DNA of 64,000 nt from positions 1 through 64,000 of the IMG/VR virus record IMGVR_UViG_3300037193_001286; one strand, written 5' to 3'. Source of the stretch: a virus. This document shows positions 28,573-38,555 of this stretch, one piece after another; the stretch's first letter is position 1; the number at the start of each line of letters is the position of its first letter. Both the position numbers and the translations under genes were made by a program. The notes under the pieces are model-generated. The model was given only the letters and a program-made list of their open reading frames with translations, was not told the DNA's origin and did not search any database.

Positions 28573-30064
28573 GCGCCTCTTTTCTCGCGCCACGGATGGC
28601 ATCCAGCGCGAACATGTCTTTCACCTGATCGGGGACGCCGTCCTTTTCTTCTTCCTCAGCTTCGGCCGCCGGCGGCGGCGCAGGCGGGGCTTCCGGAGCT
28701 TCCGGCGCTGGCGTTACCGGTTGCTCATTCTCTGTCTGCGCCCATGCCGACAGCGGAACGACTTGCTGCTGAACGCGCGGTTCTTTGCCATATCCGCCCG
28801 GAACGGCTGGCAGTTCCTCAGTGTTGCGGGCCTCGTCCGGTGCATAGATACCACCTTGCACGCCTCGCGCCAGTGCCTCGATCCGGTCCTTGTAAGCGAC
28901 GCGAAGAAGCGCGCGCGTATCAAATTCCACGTACTCATCAGGCCATCCCTTGAGGCCGAAGAACTGGTCGAACGCCACCTCGATGTGGTTGATCGCATAG
29001 CCGAGGCCACGAGAGAGCCAGAACTGCATCAGCGCTTCCGTCGAGGAAAACGTGCCCTTGTCGGCGAGACCGAGGATTGCTGGCGGGACGCCATAGACCA
29101 TGAAGATTTCGTCTTGCGTCAGCTTCAGCGCTTGGGCGACTTCCGAGTCCTTGGCGCTCATCGCCACGCCCTTGAACTTCATGCCGTTGGTGAGGATCGG
29201 CGGTCCCGCGTCGAGATTGTCGATGCCACGCCACGTCTCATTCAGCCGCGCGCGCAGTTCGGTGATTTGCTCCTTGGTGAAATTCAGATCGGTTTCGATC
29301 ACGCCGGGCGGGCGGTTCATGTTGCCGAAGAAGTTGATCAGCTGCTGGCCGATCAGGCGTTGCGCCATGATGGCGTCGGAAGCGTGCCGGAGCGGCGGCA
29401 CGCCCTTCAGCCAGTTGCCGCGTTCGGCTTCAAGCTTGACATGCAGCACGTCGCGCGCGGGCACGATCCGCTTCTTGTTCATGTGAGCGTAGCCGCCCAA
29501 TGAGACCGCCATCGGATCATAGCCAGCTGCGGAAACAGCGTCGGCCTCAAGGACGTTGTTGCCCGCCAGCTCATAGAAAATCTGCTGGTCATCGCCGACG
29601 ATTGCCTGTGATTGCCTTGGATCGAACGGATGCAGCGCGTCCACCTCGAAACGCGAATTGCGTGTGGCCAGGTGGTAGCTATTGCCGTCGATATAAAGGT
29701 TGCGGACGAGATTGAGGATGAAATCCGAACGCGACTGATAGTCGTTCGGATCTCTGAGGATCCGCGACAGCGCCGAATTGGTCACCCGCTCGCGCCCGCC
29801 GTCTCCGGTTGCGCGCCAGTGGTCACCGGGACACTGGGCTATCGTCTGGGCATAAGCTGAAACACATGCCTCGACCACTGCCGACACGCCGCCATTGCCG
29901 CGTATCGGATCGTAGTTCATTTGCCAGTAGTTCCAATGCTTACCCCATTCGTTCGGCAGAGCGCCGTCCGGGAAATGAACTACCCACGGTCCTTCGCGCG
30001 GCGCTCCCTCTTGTTTGGAAGCGCCTCGAAAAGGCTTGAGCAACGTGTCAAGCCAGCTTGCCAT
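28559..30064 (-). CDS. HK97-type portal protein
   Basis: 'LYIDGNSY', 'DVLHVK...GVPPL' and 'YGVPPAILG'. Confidence 0.92.
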   Translation of the reverse strand: MASWLDTLLKPFRGASKQEGAPREGPWVVHFPDGALPNEWGKHWNYWQMNYDPIRGNGGVSAVVEACVSAYAQTIAQCPGDHWRATGDGGRERVTNSALSRILRDPNDYQSRSDFILNLVRNLYIDGNSYHLATRNSRFEVDALHPFDPRQSQAIVGDDQQIFYELAGNNVLEADAVSAAGYDPMAVSLGGYAHMNKKRIVPARDVLHVKLEAERGNWLKGVPPLRHASDAIMAQRLIGQQLINFFGNMNRPPGVIETDLNFTKEQITELRARLNETWRGIDNLDAGPPILTNGMKFKGVAMSAKDSEVAQALKLTQDEIFMVYGVPPAILGLADKGTFSSTEALMQFWLSRGLGYAINHIEVAFDQFFGLKGWPDEYVEFDTRALLRVAYKDRIEALARGVQGGIYAPDEARNTEELPAVPGGYGKEPRVQQQVVPLSAWAQTENEQPVTPAPEAPEAPPAPPPAAEAEEEEKDGVPDQVKDMFALDAIRGARKEARDAA

Positions 30065-30070
30065 CGGATT

Positions 30071-30421
30071 TTACTCGTCCTTTGGCTTGGATACCGATCT
30101 GGTTTTGTAGGCTTCGCCGGTCTTGTCGGCTTCAAGCGTTCGCGTCTGCGCAGATGTCGTGGTCTCCGACCCTTCATCCTGCGTGGCGGTTTTCCGCGTC
30201 CTTTTGGCCGGTTCTTCCTCGCCGCGAAGCTTCCGAGCTGCCGTCACGGCCGCCTCCAACGCTTTTTCGTGATCATATTCCTTGGCTGGCTCATCGCTCG
30301 CCGCAGCGTATGGATCGATTGCCCAGCCATCCCGGATCGCTGCTTTTGCGACATCGGCCGGGACATCAATATGTTGCCCCGCGTAGGGGCCAACGGTCGC
30401 TTGAATGCGCTGTGTCGTCAT
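30071..30421 (-). CDS. hypothetical head-region protein
   Basis: GGGAG RBS; lies between the capsid and portal genes. Confidence 0.55.
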   Translation of the reverse strand: MTTQRIQATVGPYAGQHIDVPADVAKAAIRDGWAIDPYAAASDEPAKEYDHEKALEAAVTAARKLRGEEEPAKRTRKTATQDEGSETTTSAQTRTLEADKTGEAYKTRSVSKPKDE

Positions 30422-30443
30422 GGCGGTCTCCCTTTGCCAAAGG

Positions 30444-30472
30444 AACCGGCCCGGCGCTAAACCGGGCCGGAA
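30444..30472 (-). terminator. hairpin terminator after the capsid gene
   Basis: CCGGCCCGG-N8-CCGGGCCGG followed by TTCCTTT on the minus strand. Confidence 0.55.
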
Positions 30473-30489
30473 GAAGGTTGTTCAAAGGA

Positions 30490-32457
30490 TCACCAGTTGA
30501 CGCCCTGTACGGCTGCGATCATCCCGGCGCGACGCATTGCCCACTCGACATAGAGGGTCATGCGAACGCCGACAGTGTCAGTCTGCCAGAGCGAGCGGAT
30601 CGGGCTTGCCGTTGCTGGCGTAGCACCGCCAGTGACGAGCGGCGCGGGCGTCGTGTCTTCCTCGTGGATCGTTGCCTGATCGGAGATCGAGAACCGGGGC
30701 GTATCGCCGTTCGCCGAGGCGAAGTCGGCAGCATCGACCGCGATGACGGTATCCGCAGGCACCGTGTTGGAGACGAGGAAGGTGACGTTCAGCCGCTGGG
30801 CAGCTTCCGCCTGGTTGAAGATGAACTCGCCCGTCGAGGACTGCGCCCAGTTGACGCCCATGCTCTGGACCGGGTTCATGATGATGGCGATGTTGCGGCC
30901 ACCGCCATTCGCGGTGATCGCTCCCACGAGCGCCTTGAAGTCGGCGATCATGGCCAGCGGACCGCTGGGGTTCGCGTCGGGCGTTAGCGGGGTGACACCG
31001 TTCAGGAGACCTGCCGGGCGCACCACCGATCCAGCGACATCGTCGAGCAGGTAGGAGTCGATGGACTCCATCGTGTCGTCGGCCATCGCCTGACGAATGA
31101 CCGCCTCGATCGCCGGGACCGAATGCATGGCCAGTTCTTCAGTGAAGGTCGAGATCACTGCCAGCTTCTTGGGCGTCAGCGTGATAGTGGTGAGACCGAT
31201 GCGGCGAACCGGCTTCGGTGCACCCTCACCTACCCAAGAACCTGCGAGCTTCGGCGTATTGGCGCGGGCCGGAATCTTGAGCGACGCGTTCGCGCCGAAC
31301 GAGAACCGGACGCCAAGGTTGGACAGCCTCGTATAGATCGACTCCGGCATCAACCGGTCGATAAAGTCGAGGTTGGCCTGCTGCACCAATTCGGCAGCCC
31401 AGCCCGGCGTGGTCGTGTTTGCCGGGTTGGTCACGGCCCTGAGAACGACTTCCGTCATTTCGTCGTTGCCATAGACCGCCTGCATGGCTTCAAGCGGGTT
31501 CTGCTGGCGCATGCGCGCGAGGAAGTGCACGACGCCCGCACGGACGAGGAAGTCGCCCGGCTCGACCTTCTTCTTCGCCATGGCGAATGGTCGCTTCTGA
31601 TCAGCCGGTGCCTGACGCTGCGGCTGCTGAAGCTGCGGCTGCGGTTCTTCCGAGTCCCTGGAATTGGCCGTCGTAAGCGCGAGGGCGCGTTCGGCCGACT
31701 GAAGGGTGACGAGCTGCTTCTGAGCGACGGCGATACGGCCGTCCTCGCCGCGAGCCAGTTCTTCCAGCTCAATCTGTTCGGCTTCGTCGAGTTCTTCCAT
31801 GCCGGTAAGCACGGTGAGGCGGTCGCGCAGGTCATTCAGAGTCGTCTGCGCCGCCTTGATGCGATCAGCGAGTTTCATTGATTTTCTCCCGGATGCAGGG
31901 AGTTGCGGCTTGGCGATCTTGCCTGGGGAACCGCCTTCTCCATCCAGCTCCGGTGCGGCGATCTTGCCATAGAGCTGGCGGCTAACGTCGGCGGGAAGAG
32001 CCAACGAGCGGCCGATTTGCAGCGCGTTGGGATTGGCGGGAACGGCGACAAGCGAGCATTCGACAAGCTCGCTCTTGAGGTAACGGTATGGCCCCCAGCT
32101 GCCAGCGTCCTTGTCTATCGGCTCCTTGTCGATGGGGCGGAAACCGACCGACACGGCCTTGAGGATGCCTTGCTTCCAGAGGCGACGAATATTGTCGACG
32201 AGTTGACTGGTGCCTTCCTCAGCCAGCTTGAGGCGGCCGATCAGACGGCGACCCTCGACGCGCACATTCTCCCAAGTTCCGACGATGGCGTCGGAATGGT
32301 GATTGAACAGCGCGATGGGGTTCTTCTTGAAGGACGATAAATCCCAACCGGCAGCGAGAATGATCTCGCCGTAACGGTCTACAGTTTCGTCGGAAAGGAC
32401 ATATTCGGAAGGATCGCGTTCGGACTGCCTGGCGGTGCGATAGACGATCTCTTTCAT
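30490..32457 (-). CDS. prohead protease-major capsid fusion (HK97 fold)
   Basis: N-terminal 'NPIALFNH', 'VSVGF' and 'ECSLVAVPANPNA'; C-terminal 'WVGEG..KP' and 'SLWQ'. Confidence 0.92.
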   Translation of the reverse strand: MKEIVYRTARQSERDPSEYVLSDETVDRYGEIILAAGWDLSSFKKNPIALFNHHSDAIVGTWENVRVEGRRLIGRLKLAEEGTSQLVDNIRRLWKQGILKAVSVGFRPIDKEPIDKDAGSWGPYRYLKSELVECSLVAVPANPNALQIGRSLALPADVSRQLYGKIAAPELDGEGGSPGKIAKPQLPASGRKSMKLADRIKAAQTTLNDLRDRLTVLTGMEELDEAEQIELEELARGEDGRIAVAQKQLVTLQSAERALALTTANSRDSEEPQPQLQQPQRQAPADQKRPFAMAKKKVEPGDFLVRAGVVHFLARMRQQNPLEAMQAVYGNDEMTEVVLRAVTNPANTTTPGWAAELVQQANLDFIDRLMPESIYTRLSNLGVRFSFGANASLKIPARANTPKLAGSWVGEGAPKPVRRIGLTTITLTPKKLAVISTFTEELAMHSVPAIEAVIRQAMADDTMESIDSYLLDDVAGSVVRPAGLLNGVTPLTPDANPSGPLAMIADFKALVGAITANGGGRNIAIIMNPVQSMGVNWAQSSTGEFIFNQAEAAQRLNVTFLVSNTVPADTVIAVDAADFASANGDTPRFSISDQATIHEEDTTPAPLVTGGATPATASPIRSLWQTDTVGVRMTLYVEWAMRRAGMIAAVQGVNW

Positions 32458-32501
32458 GACTCAGCAACCCTGCTTGAAAAGGTTGCTGGTCCATTTACAC
32501 C

Positions 32502-32720
32502 CTACCTGCGTAACATGTCCGTTACGTCAGCCCTGTTATGCCGGTCGGCGAGCGACTTAAGGCGGGCATAGGTGTCGTATGAAGGTCTGGACGTTTCCCC
32601 AATGGACAGTCGCCAGAGGGTTTGACGCGAGAGGCCTGTTTCGCGGGCTATCTCGCTCTTGGTCATGCCGGTACTTTCGATGCCAGCTATGATCGCTGCG
32701 AACTTTTCCGCATCCGTCAA
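32502..32720 (-). CDS. HTH DNA-binding protein
   Basis: 'MTKSEIARETGLSRQTLWRL..G..RPSY'. Confidence 0.7.
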   Translation of the reverse strand: MTDAEKFAAIIAGIESTGMTKSEIARETGLSRQTLWRLSIGETSRPSYDTYARLKSLADRHNRADVTDMLRR

Positions 32721-32858
32721 TCGTCTTCCCTATCCATCTATCCTTGTTGCGCAAATTATAAACCAGTGCTGGATCGCAACAAAATCATCAAATTTGCCTT
32801 TACAATTGAGCAAATCTGACTATATTTGCCACATCTCCCCACGCAAGGAACAACAGAC

Positions 32859-33137
32859 ATGGACGCATACGATCTGATCAAATGGCGCGAGATGCATTTT
32901 GGCCCGGACCGCAAGAGTGCGGCTGAGGCGATGGGGATCGCGTACAATTCTCTGAAGGCCTACGAGACCGGCAAAAGCATCCCGGCGTATATCCCGCTGG
33001 TCTGCGCGGCGATTGCGGCCGACATCGGCCCATGGAAACTGCCAGCCAAGCTGATGAAGGAGAAGAAAGCCAACCCCGTAATCACCCCGACGTCGAGGCC
33101 TCGCGGCAACCCAAATTGGACGAGCAAAGCATCATGA
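32859..33137 (+). CDS. HTH (XRE-like) protein
   Basis: 'AAEAMGIAYNSLKAYETG'; AAGGAA RBS; promoter upstream. Confidence 0.65.
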   Translation: MDAYDLIKWREMHFGPDRKSAAEAMGIAYNSLKAYETGKSIPAYIPLVCAAIAADIGPWKLPAKLMKEKKANPVITPTSRPRGNPNWTSKAS

Positions 33138-33490
33138 AGACCTACGTCCTCTTGCCTAATCGGATGATCGCTGAAGCTGGCTTCATGGACTGGGCGGTCT
33201 GGTTCGAAGATGCTGGCGATGAGCGGGTTGTCGCACAGTCTGAAACAGAGATGCATGCGGTAAGCACCGTCTTTATCGGGATCGATTATCGGGTTTTCGG
33301 CAAGGGTCCGCCGCTTGTGTTCGAAACGATGGTCGTTTCGAAAGGTGGCGGTGAATTCGACTGGGAAGATGATCACGGCCAATGGCGTTATTCGTCATGG
33401 GATGACGCTGAGGCTGGCCATCACGCGGCTCTGCGGCGGGTGCTCAAGGCCGAAGCCGAGGCAGCAAAGACGATTGCGGGGCAAGCATGA
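33134..33490 (+). CDS. hypothetical phage protein
   Basis: 'VSTVFIGID...PPLVFETMV...RYSSW.DAEAGH'; ATGA coupling. Confidence 0.65.
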   Translation: MKTYVLLPNRMIAEAGFMDWAVWFEDAGDERVVAQSETEMHAVSTVFIGIDYRVFGKGPPLVFETMVVSKGGGEFDWEDDHGQWRYSSWDDAEAGHHAALRRVLKAEAEAAKTIAGQA

Positions 33491-33780
33491 TTGCAAAATC
33501 GGAAAATTTCCGGAATCGCAACATACCCGGAAAATGGATCGTCACCGTGCCGCTCTGGCGCAATGGAAAGGGCGTTCCCATCGATGAGCGCCTAGGGCAG
33601 CTGGAAGCGTTCAAAGAGTTGACCGGGCACTATGCCGCGCCCTTTGAAAGCGAGGAAAAGGCCGACAGCGCCGCCTATTTATGGTCTCAGGCGTTGGGTT
33701 TCAGCGTCGAGGCAAAACGGCGCGGACCGGCCATTTCAGCAGAAGACTCCGACAGGATCGTTGCCGCAGCCACAAAATAA
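33487..33780 (+). CDS. hypothetical protein
   Basis: ATGA coupling; followed by a hairpin at 33783-33806. Confidence 0.5.
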   Translation: MIAKSENFRNRNIPGKWIVTVPLWRNGKGVPIDERLGQLEAFKELTGHYAAPFESEEKADSAAYLWSQALGFSVEAKRRGPAISAEDSDRIVAAATK

Positions 33781-34087
33781 AAAGGCCGGGGATGATACCC
33801 GGCCAAGATCAGGAGAAAATGTGAACGACAAGCCAAAGAGCCACTTGAACGTTGACAGTGTGCGGTCATGCCGTAGCCGCGTCAAGTCTGCCGTTAGCTA
33901 GGCTTCTTTCTCCTTGATAGTCGGCCTATCACGAAACCGGTCACGAACAGACATGCCATGCGTCCAACCGGTTTGAAAAACTGGAAGAGAATTTCGCTAA
34001 GCAGGAGGATGTTGTCGAAGTGCGTGGTTACGAAATTGGTAACGATGCCCACGGACAACATGCGCGCCAGCGAGCGCGCCCTGCTTA

Positions 34088-34483
34088 TCATTGCAGCGTC
34101 TTCTTCACTTCGCTCGAATATGCAACAAGTTCGTCGCCTTGAAAGACCAGCAACAGGTCCGCATTGCGCTCGACGATGTGCTGGATCGTCGGCAGATCAA
34201 TGAAGTCGACACCGTCGTCACCGCCGAATGTGGCGCGTTTCGCTTCCCACCAATCGTCAAACTCCATCGTCGTCGGATCGCACTCATCGGCATAGACGAC
34301 AGGAGGCTTTTCCCCTTCGCCGAACACGCCGTTATGCATCAGATAGACGCCGTGGTCACCAACCAGCCAAAAGCCCGGCCCAGTCTCCTCGTCATGAAGG
34401 GTTCGGACACCCTTCAGCCAAGCGACTTCCGCCGCCAGTAGCAGTTCCTTCAGCTTGTCGTGTTTGAACGTTAACTTCCTCAT
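34088..34483 (-). CDS. DUF3085-like protein
   Basis: 'LVGDHGVYLM...YA..CDP...WW......FGGDDGV.FI'. Confidence 0.75.
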   Translation of the reverse strand: MRKLTFKHDKLKELLLAAEVAWLKGVRTLHDEETGPGFWLVGDHGVYLMHNGVFGEGEKPPVVYADECDPTTMEFDDWWEAKRATFGGDDGVDFIDLPTIQHIVERNADLLLVFQGDELVAYSSEVKKTLQ

Positions 34484-34692
34484 TGCCCCAACCCCATAAT
34501 GCGGCGCACACTTCGCGCCAGTTTTGCTGCTTCTCTTTGATGGACGCGCGCATCGCGCAGGTCGTCATCGGTAGTTTCGCCCTTTTGCCATGACCGCGAG
34601 CTGCAATATTCCTTGGCGGCGCGGTCCTGTAACCTCGCCACGACGTCCAAGCTGGCGATGCCCGTATTGCGATCCTCGTTGGTCATGACCAT
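34480..34692 (-). CDS. hypothetical protein
   Basis: Coupled to the DUF3085-like gene. Confidence 0.45.
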   Translation of the reverse strand: MVMTNEDRNTGIASLDVVARLQDRAAKEYCSSRSWQKGETTDDDLRDARVHQREAAKLARSVRRIMGLGQ

Positions 34693-34741
34693 TTGCCCCT
34701 TTGTTTTGGATGGGGGCCAGCATACGCCAGCCCCCTTTTAT

Positions 34742-34990
34742 TCAGCAGGAAAGGCTGTAGCTGCAATCCGTGCCGAAGGAGTCATACGACTTCTGTTGGC
34801 CGACCTTGCCAGTGTAGGGATTCGTATTCCCCTGATAGGAGTAATTGTTATCCCGGACACCGTCAGCCGATGAGCGGAAGTGTCCCTGAACGTAGGTGCC
34901 GTCGCTACGCGTGTAGCCGTTGACATATTCATCGGCGAAAGCGGGTGCGGCAGTAACAATAATCGCCATAGCAGCGAGCATGCTTTTCAT
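34742..34990 (-). CDS. small secreted protein
   Basis: Signal peptide; 'YVNGYTRSDGTYVQGH...NNYS..GNTNPYTG'. Confidence 0.7.
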   Translation of the reverse strand: MKSMLAAMAIIVTAAPAFADEYVNGYTRSDGTYVQGHFRSSADGVRDNNYSYQGNTNPYTGKVGQQKSYDSFGTDCSYSLSC

Positions 34991-35067
34991 TTCGGTTTTC
35001 CCATCTGAGCGTGCCATCTTCGGGATCGGAATGCTCAATCCGACCGACGCCCTCGCGAGCGTTTCGG

Positions 35068-35514
35068 CTATTTTCCGGGACGCTTCCATTTGTCGCCCAA
35101 CTCGGCATTCGGGCCGCACCAGTGGCGCAGCCGCGCCAGCTTGGCGTCTCTGCCGGGCTGGTATGGTAGGGCGACGCCATCGCGGATCATTTGCTGGCCA
35201 ATATTGACTTCGCCGACATAAACATGGGCCAGCATACGACCGTAACGATCCCTGCCAGTTGCCTCATAGGATACGGTTCCGCTGTCGAGCAGGGCGCGAA
35301 GATGCTCCTTTGCCGCAAGGCCGAGGATCAGTTCATTCTCGCAACGCGATCTGAATGTCTCAGGCGTATCGAGTTCCGTGATCCGGATCGTGACGCCATC
35401 AACACGGATGGTATCGCCGTCGATAATGTTTACGTTGCTCGCATTGGCAGTAGAAAAGGCAAGCGTCGTCGACGCGACAGCGAATGCCGCTACTAAAGGA
35501 AGTATTTTGTACAT
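35068..35514 (-). CDS. secreted thermonuclease (SNase family)
   Basis: Signal peptide; 'IDGDTI...IR...DTPE' and 'DRYGRMLA'. Confidence 0.85.
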   Translation of the reverse strand: MYKILPLVAAFAVASTTLAFSTANASNVNIIDGDTIRVDGVTIRITELDTPETFRSRCENELILGLAAKEHLRALLDSGTVSYEATGRDRYGRMLAHVYVGEVNIGQQMIRDGVALPYQPGRDAKLARLRHWCGPNAELGDKWKRPGK

Positions 35515-35517
35515 AGT

Positions 35518-36021
35518 TTATCCCAGCATGGCGCGTATTGCGCCGATAAGAGTCGACCCTATTACGATAAGTAATATGATTTCTGCTATATTGTACATTT
35601 TAGACTTCGGTGAATTACAAGACATTGGTCTTGGCTCCACATCAGACTTTAGTCTTACTGTCACGAACGTACCGCTATAACGAATCGCATCCTCCATTTC
35701 GAAGGTGAGCCGACGAAGGTCGTTGACCAGCGGTCGATACCGGCGCACGAAAGCTCCACCCGCTCTCATTAGTTGTGGTTCCAGCGGCTCTAGGTTGCGT
35801 AGCATGCCCTCTATCAGGGTGCGTTGGTGAGTAACCTGCTCGACAATATTGGGTATCGGGTGGGCGCGCAGCATCTGGACAGTTTGCGACGCCATCATAT
35901 AAGTGCGGGAAAGGTTCTCGATGACCGAGTCGCCTTCCTCTTGCAGCGGCAGAAGGTCATCGTTCTCATCCGCGTCCCGATGACGCTCAAAGGCCGGATG
36001 CGCGGTGATGTCGATAATCAT
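35518..36021 (-). CDS. hypothetical protein with C-terminal TM
   Basis: AGGAAA RBS. Confidence 0.45.
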   Translation of the reverse strand: MIIDITAHPAFERHRDADENDDLLPLQEEGDSVIENLSRTYMMASQTVQMLRAHPIPNIVEQVTHQRTLIEGMLRNLEPLEPQLMRAGGAFVRRYRPLVNDLRRLTFEMEDAIRYSGTFVTVRLKSDVEPRPMSCNSPKSKMYNIAEIILLIVIGSTLIGAIRAMLG

Positions 36022-36050
36022 CGAAGTTTCCTAATAGGTTACACAACCGT

Positions 36051-36248
36051 CTAATATAATCTCAACGCGCGGCTGTCGGCCTCAAGCTGAAGCGCTTCCT
36101 TGAGCAGCGGTGTGGTGACATTGCCCCTGATACGCGATACGCGAAGTTGGCCCTCGCCTCGCTCGTTTCGGTACTCAAAAAGGTCCAAAACCCACCTTTC
36201 ACCCTCGTATTCGACGGCAAAATCGATGTCAGACCGCACTTTCCTCAT
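36051..36248 (-). CDS. hypothetical protein
   Basis: Short ORF only. Confidence 0.35.
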   Translation of the reverse strand: MRKVRSDIDFAVEYEGERWVLDLFEYRNERGEGQLRVSRIRGNVTTPLLKEALQLEADSRALRLY

Positions 36249-36406
36249 AGAAACACACATAGCGAGATACCCCCTAAAAATGTATGGGTCTTGTCATTTC
36301 TCTGTGTACTTGTTTTTATGCCTTGTCATTTCCCTGCGTACTTGCTTAACTTGGAATTACCCCGAGGGCAAGTGTTAATGTACATAAATGTTGGATAGAG
36401 AAGGCT

Positions 36407-36619
36407 ATGGCAATCCGATCACCGAACGGCACGGTTACGATGCACGTCAACCTTTCGCTGCTCGGCGACATGCCTCAGCGCATCGACCAGGCGCGAGAGA
36501 CTGGCGAGACAAGAGCCGCATTTATTCGAGGTGCGATTGAGCGCGAGCTGGAACGCCGTGCCTATCGCGATGATGTCGCCGCACAAAAACGAGAAGCCAA
36601 TGGATTGGCCGCAAAATAA
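36407..36619 (+). CDS. ribbon-helix-helix-like regulator
   Basis: 'RID......ETRAAFIRGAIERELERR'. Confidence 0.6.
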   Translation: MAIRSPNGTVTMHVNLSLLGDMPQRIDQARETGETRAAFIRGAIERELERRAYRDDVAAQKREANGLAAK

Positions 36620-36654
36620 CCCCCCGTCAAAACCTTTGAGAGAGGACTCCTTTG

Positions 36655-36939
36655 ATGGCAAACGTTGTGCCAATCGCATCAGCTACGGCTTTCAAGAAAG
36701 CCAAGACTGTCCATACGGACGATGGAGAAGTGAATTTCGCTAACGTCTATGAACTGACAAAATTCGTCGCCGCAGAAATACGCGCCTCGAAAATGAAGTT
36801 CACCAAACTTGCGGACAAAGCTGGCTGCTGCCCGGCCACCGTTTCAAATCTCGCTCATGGCGTTACCCGCGATCCGCGCACCGGAACGATGTTGAACATT
36901 CTCCGCGTTCTGGGCTTCCGCGTCATCGTCCGCCGATGA
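36655..36939 (+). CDS. HTH regulator
   Basis: 'LADKAGCCPATVSNLAHG..RDPR..TM..IL..LG'. Confidence 0.65.
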   Translation: MANVVPIASATAFKKAKTVHTDDGEVNFANVYELTKFVAAEIRASKMKFTKLADKAGCCPATVSNLAHGVTRDPRTGTMLNILRVLGFRVIVRR

Positions 36940-36977
36940 CCGCTCCCTTCTACAAAATCGAAAGGTGAGGCAGCAAC

Positions 36978-37430
36978 ATGGATATCCTTGACAAGATCAG
37001 AGATGAGATCGCAGAGCATGAGCGCGAGATCGAGCGGCTTACTATCGCCCTCGACGTGATGGAAAGGCTGGCCAAGAAGGGCGTACTGAAACCCACTTCG
37101 TCGAAGCCCGCACCGATGTTCACGGTGAAGAGGGTTGGCGGGAAGAAGGCTGCGCCAGCGAAACCTTCCGGTATGCCAATGACGGACCGGATCATCGCGG
37201 CGGTCGAAGCTAACGGCCCTCTGACGTCGAAGCAGATGAAAACTCTGATCGACTTCAGTGGGCGGAAACCGAACTCGCTTTATACCTCGCTGGGCGATCT
37301 ACTTAAGCAGAACAAGCTGATACGGGATGGCAAAGTTTATCGCCTTGCTTCGCGCAAGGAGACGACGCCAGAAGCGCCGGTTGAAACGGAAGCTGAAAGC
37401 AGCGAAGGCGGTCATGCAGCTGCCGCCTGA
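36978..37430 (+). CDS. hypothetical protein with coiled coil and wHTH-like C-terminus
   Basis: GAGG RBS. Confidence 0.55.
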   Translation: MDILDKIRDEIAEHEREIERLTIALDVMERLAKKGVLKPTSSKPAPMFTVKRVGGKKAAPAKPSGMPMTDRIIAAVEANGPLTSKQMKTLIDFSGRKPNSLYTSLGDLLKQNKLIRDGKVYRLASRKETTPEAPVETEAESSEGGHAAAA

Positions 37431-37656
37431 CAATGTGTTGCCAATGTGGGTGGTCTGTCGGTCTCCGGCAGACTATCCGGGCAAGTTCACCGCCCGGTGT
37501 CAGTACGTTTGCGCTGGGGGCGTCACTCTTGTTGCAAGGGAAGTGATGGTTTGCGACCGCCTGATCACTATCCGGCGCAAGATGATCGGTGCAGGGCTGA
37601 CGCGCCTTCCGCGACAGCCTGACGATGAACCGCAAATCCTTGAGGTTTGGGTGTGA
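37414..37656 (+). CDS. hypothetical phage protein
   Basis: 'P.DYPGKF.AR...L.RLPR...D.PQILEVW'. Confidence 0.55.
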   Translation: MQLPPDNVLPMWVVCRSPADYPGKFTARCQYVCAGGVTLVAREVMVCDRLITIRRKMIGAGLTRLPRQPDDEPQILEVWV

Positions 37657-37964
37657 AGAAGCGTGACTGGTATGTCGAGCATCGACAGCGTTGGATCATG
37701 GAGATGCTGGACATCTATGGCTTCATCAATCGAAACCATCTGATGAAGAAGTTTGGCGTCTCGACGGCGCAAGCAGCGCTCGACTTCCGCGATCTGCAAG
37801 ACCGCTATCCAGACGCGATGATCTACAACGAGAGCGCCAAGCGTTACGAAAAGCTGGAAAGAGACGTCGAAGATGGCCCGCAAGAGTCGCAGGAAGTACA
37901 GGACCACTATGTTCGATTGCGGCGACGGCGCGCATCGCGTCGCAACCGTCGTGTCGCCCAATGA
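37653..37964 (+). CDS. stand-alone CapW/BrxR-like winged-helix domain
   Basis: 'GFINRNHLMKKFGVSTAQAALD...YP.AM.YN.SAKRY'; GTGA coupling. Confidence 0.6.
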   Translation: MKKRDWYVEHRQRWIMEMLDIYGFINRNHLMKKFGVSTAQAALDFRDLQDRYPDAMIYNESAKRYEKLERDVEDGPQESQEVQDHYVRLRRRRASRRNRRVAQ

Positions 37965-38349
37965 AGGTCCGCTTCGATTTCGGCGTACCCCTTGCGCGGA
38001 ATGCCCATGGCGCAAGGATGCGCCCCTTGAGGCCTTCCCAGCAAACGCCTACCGCCATTCGGCCGTGACCGCATGGGACATGGCCCAGAATGTTTTCTCC
38101 TGTCACATGTCAGGGATCGAGAAAGGTGCCGTCTGCGCCGGGTTCCTGCATCGTGGCGCTGAGCACAATCTGTCGATCCGGATGGCGATCATCACCAACC
38201 GGTTTGACTGGGCCGATCTGCCTGACAGCCCGGTCGATCTTTACGAGAGTTATCGCGCCATGGCTGAAGCCAACGGCGTTCCGGCCGACGATCCGATGCT
38301 GACGCCATGCCGGGCAAACAGGAAGTTTGAACGAAGGACAACTCGATGA
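37873..38349 (+). CDS. DUF6283-like Cys/His protein
   Basis: 'PCAECPWR...FSCH...CAGFL...HNL'. Confidence 0.6.
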   Translation: MARKSRRKYRTTMFDCGDGAHRVATVVSPNEGPLRFRRTPCAECPWRKDAPLEAFPANAYRHSAVTAWDMAQNVFSCHMSGIEKGAVCAGFLHRGAEHNLSIRMAIITNRFDWADLPDSPVDLYESYRAMAEANGVPADDPMLTPCRANRKFERRTTR

Positions 38350-38531
38350 GCGGCATGATGGAACAGTACCGCTGCGAGCGGTGCAAGGAAGAGTTCTATT
38401 CGAACTGGACCGACGCCGAGGCGCGCGAGGAATTCGCCCTCACCTTTGGACGCGAAACAAAGCCCGAGGACGCCGTGATTTGTGACGATTGCTACAAAGA
38501 ACTGAAGGCCAAGTTGCTGGCCGCTGATTAA
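38346..38531 (+). CDS. small Zn-finger protein
   Basis: CxxC...CxxC. Confidence 0.55.
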   Translation: MSGMMEQYRCERCKEEFYSNWTDAEAREEFALTFGRETKPEDAVICDDCYKELKAKLLAAD

Positions 38532-38555
38532 CTATTTGAGGGAAAGGACCATACG

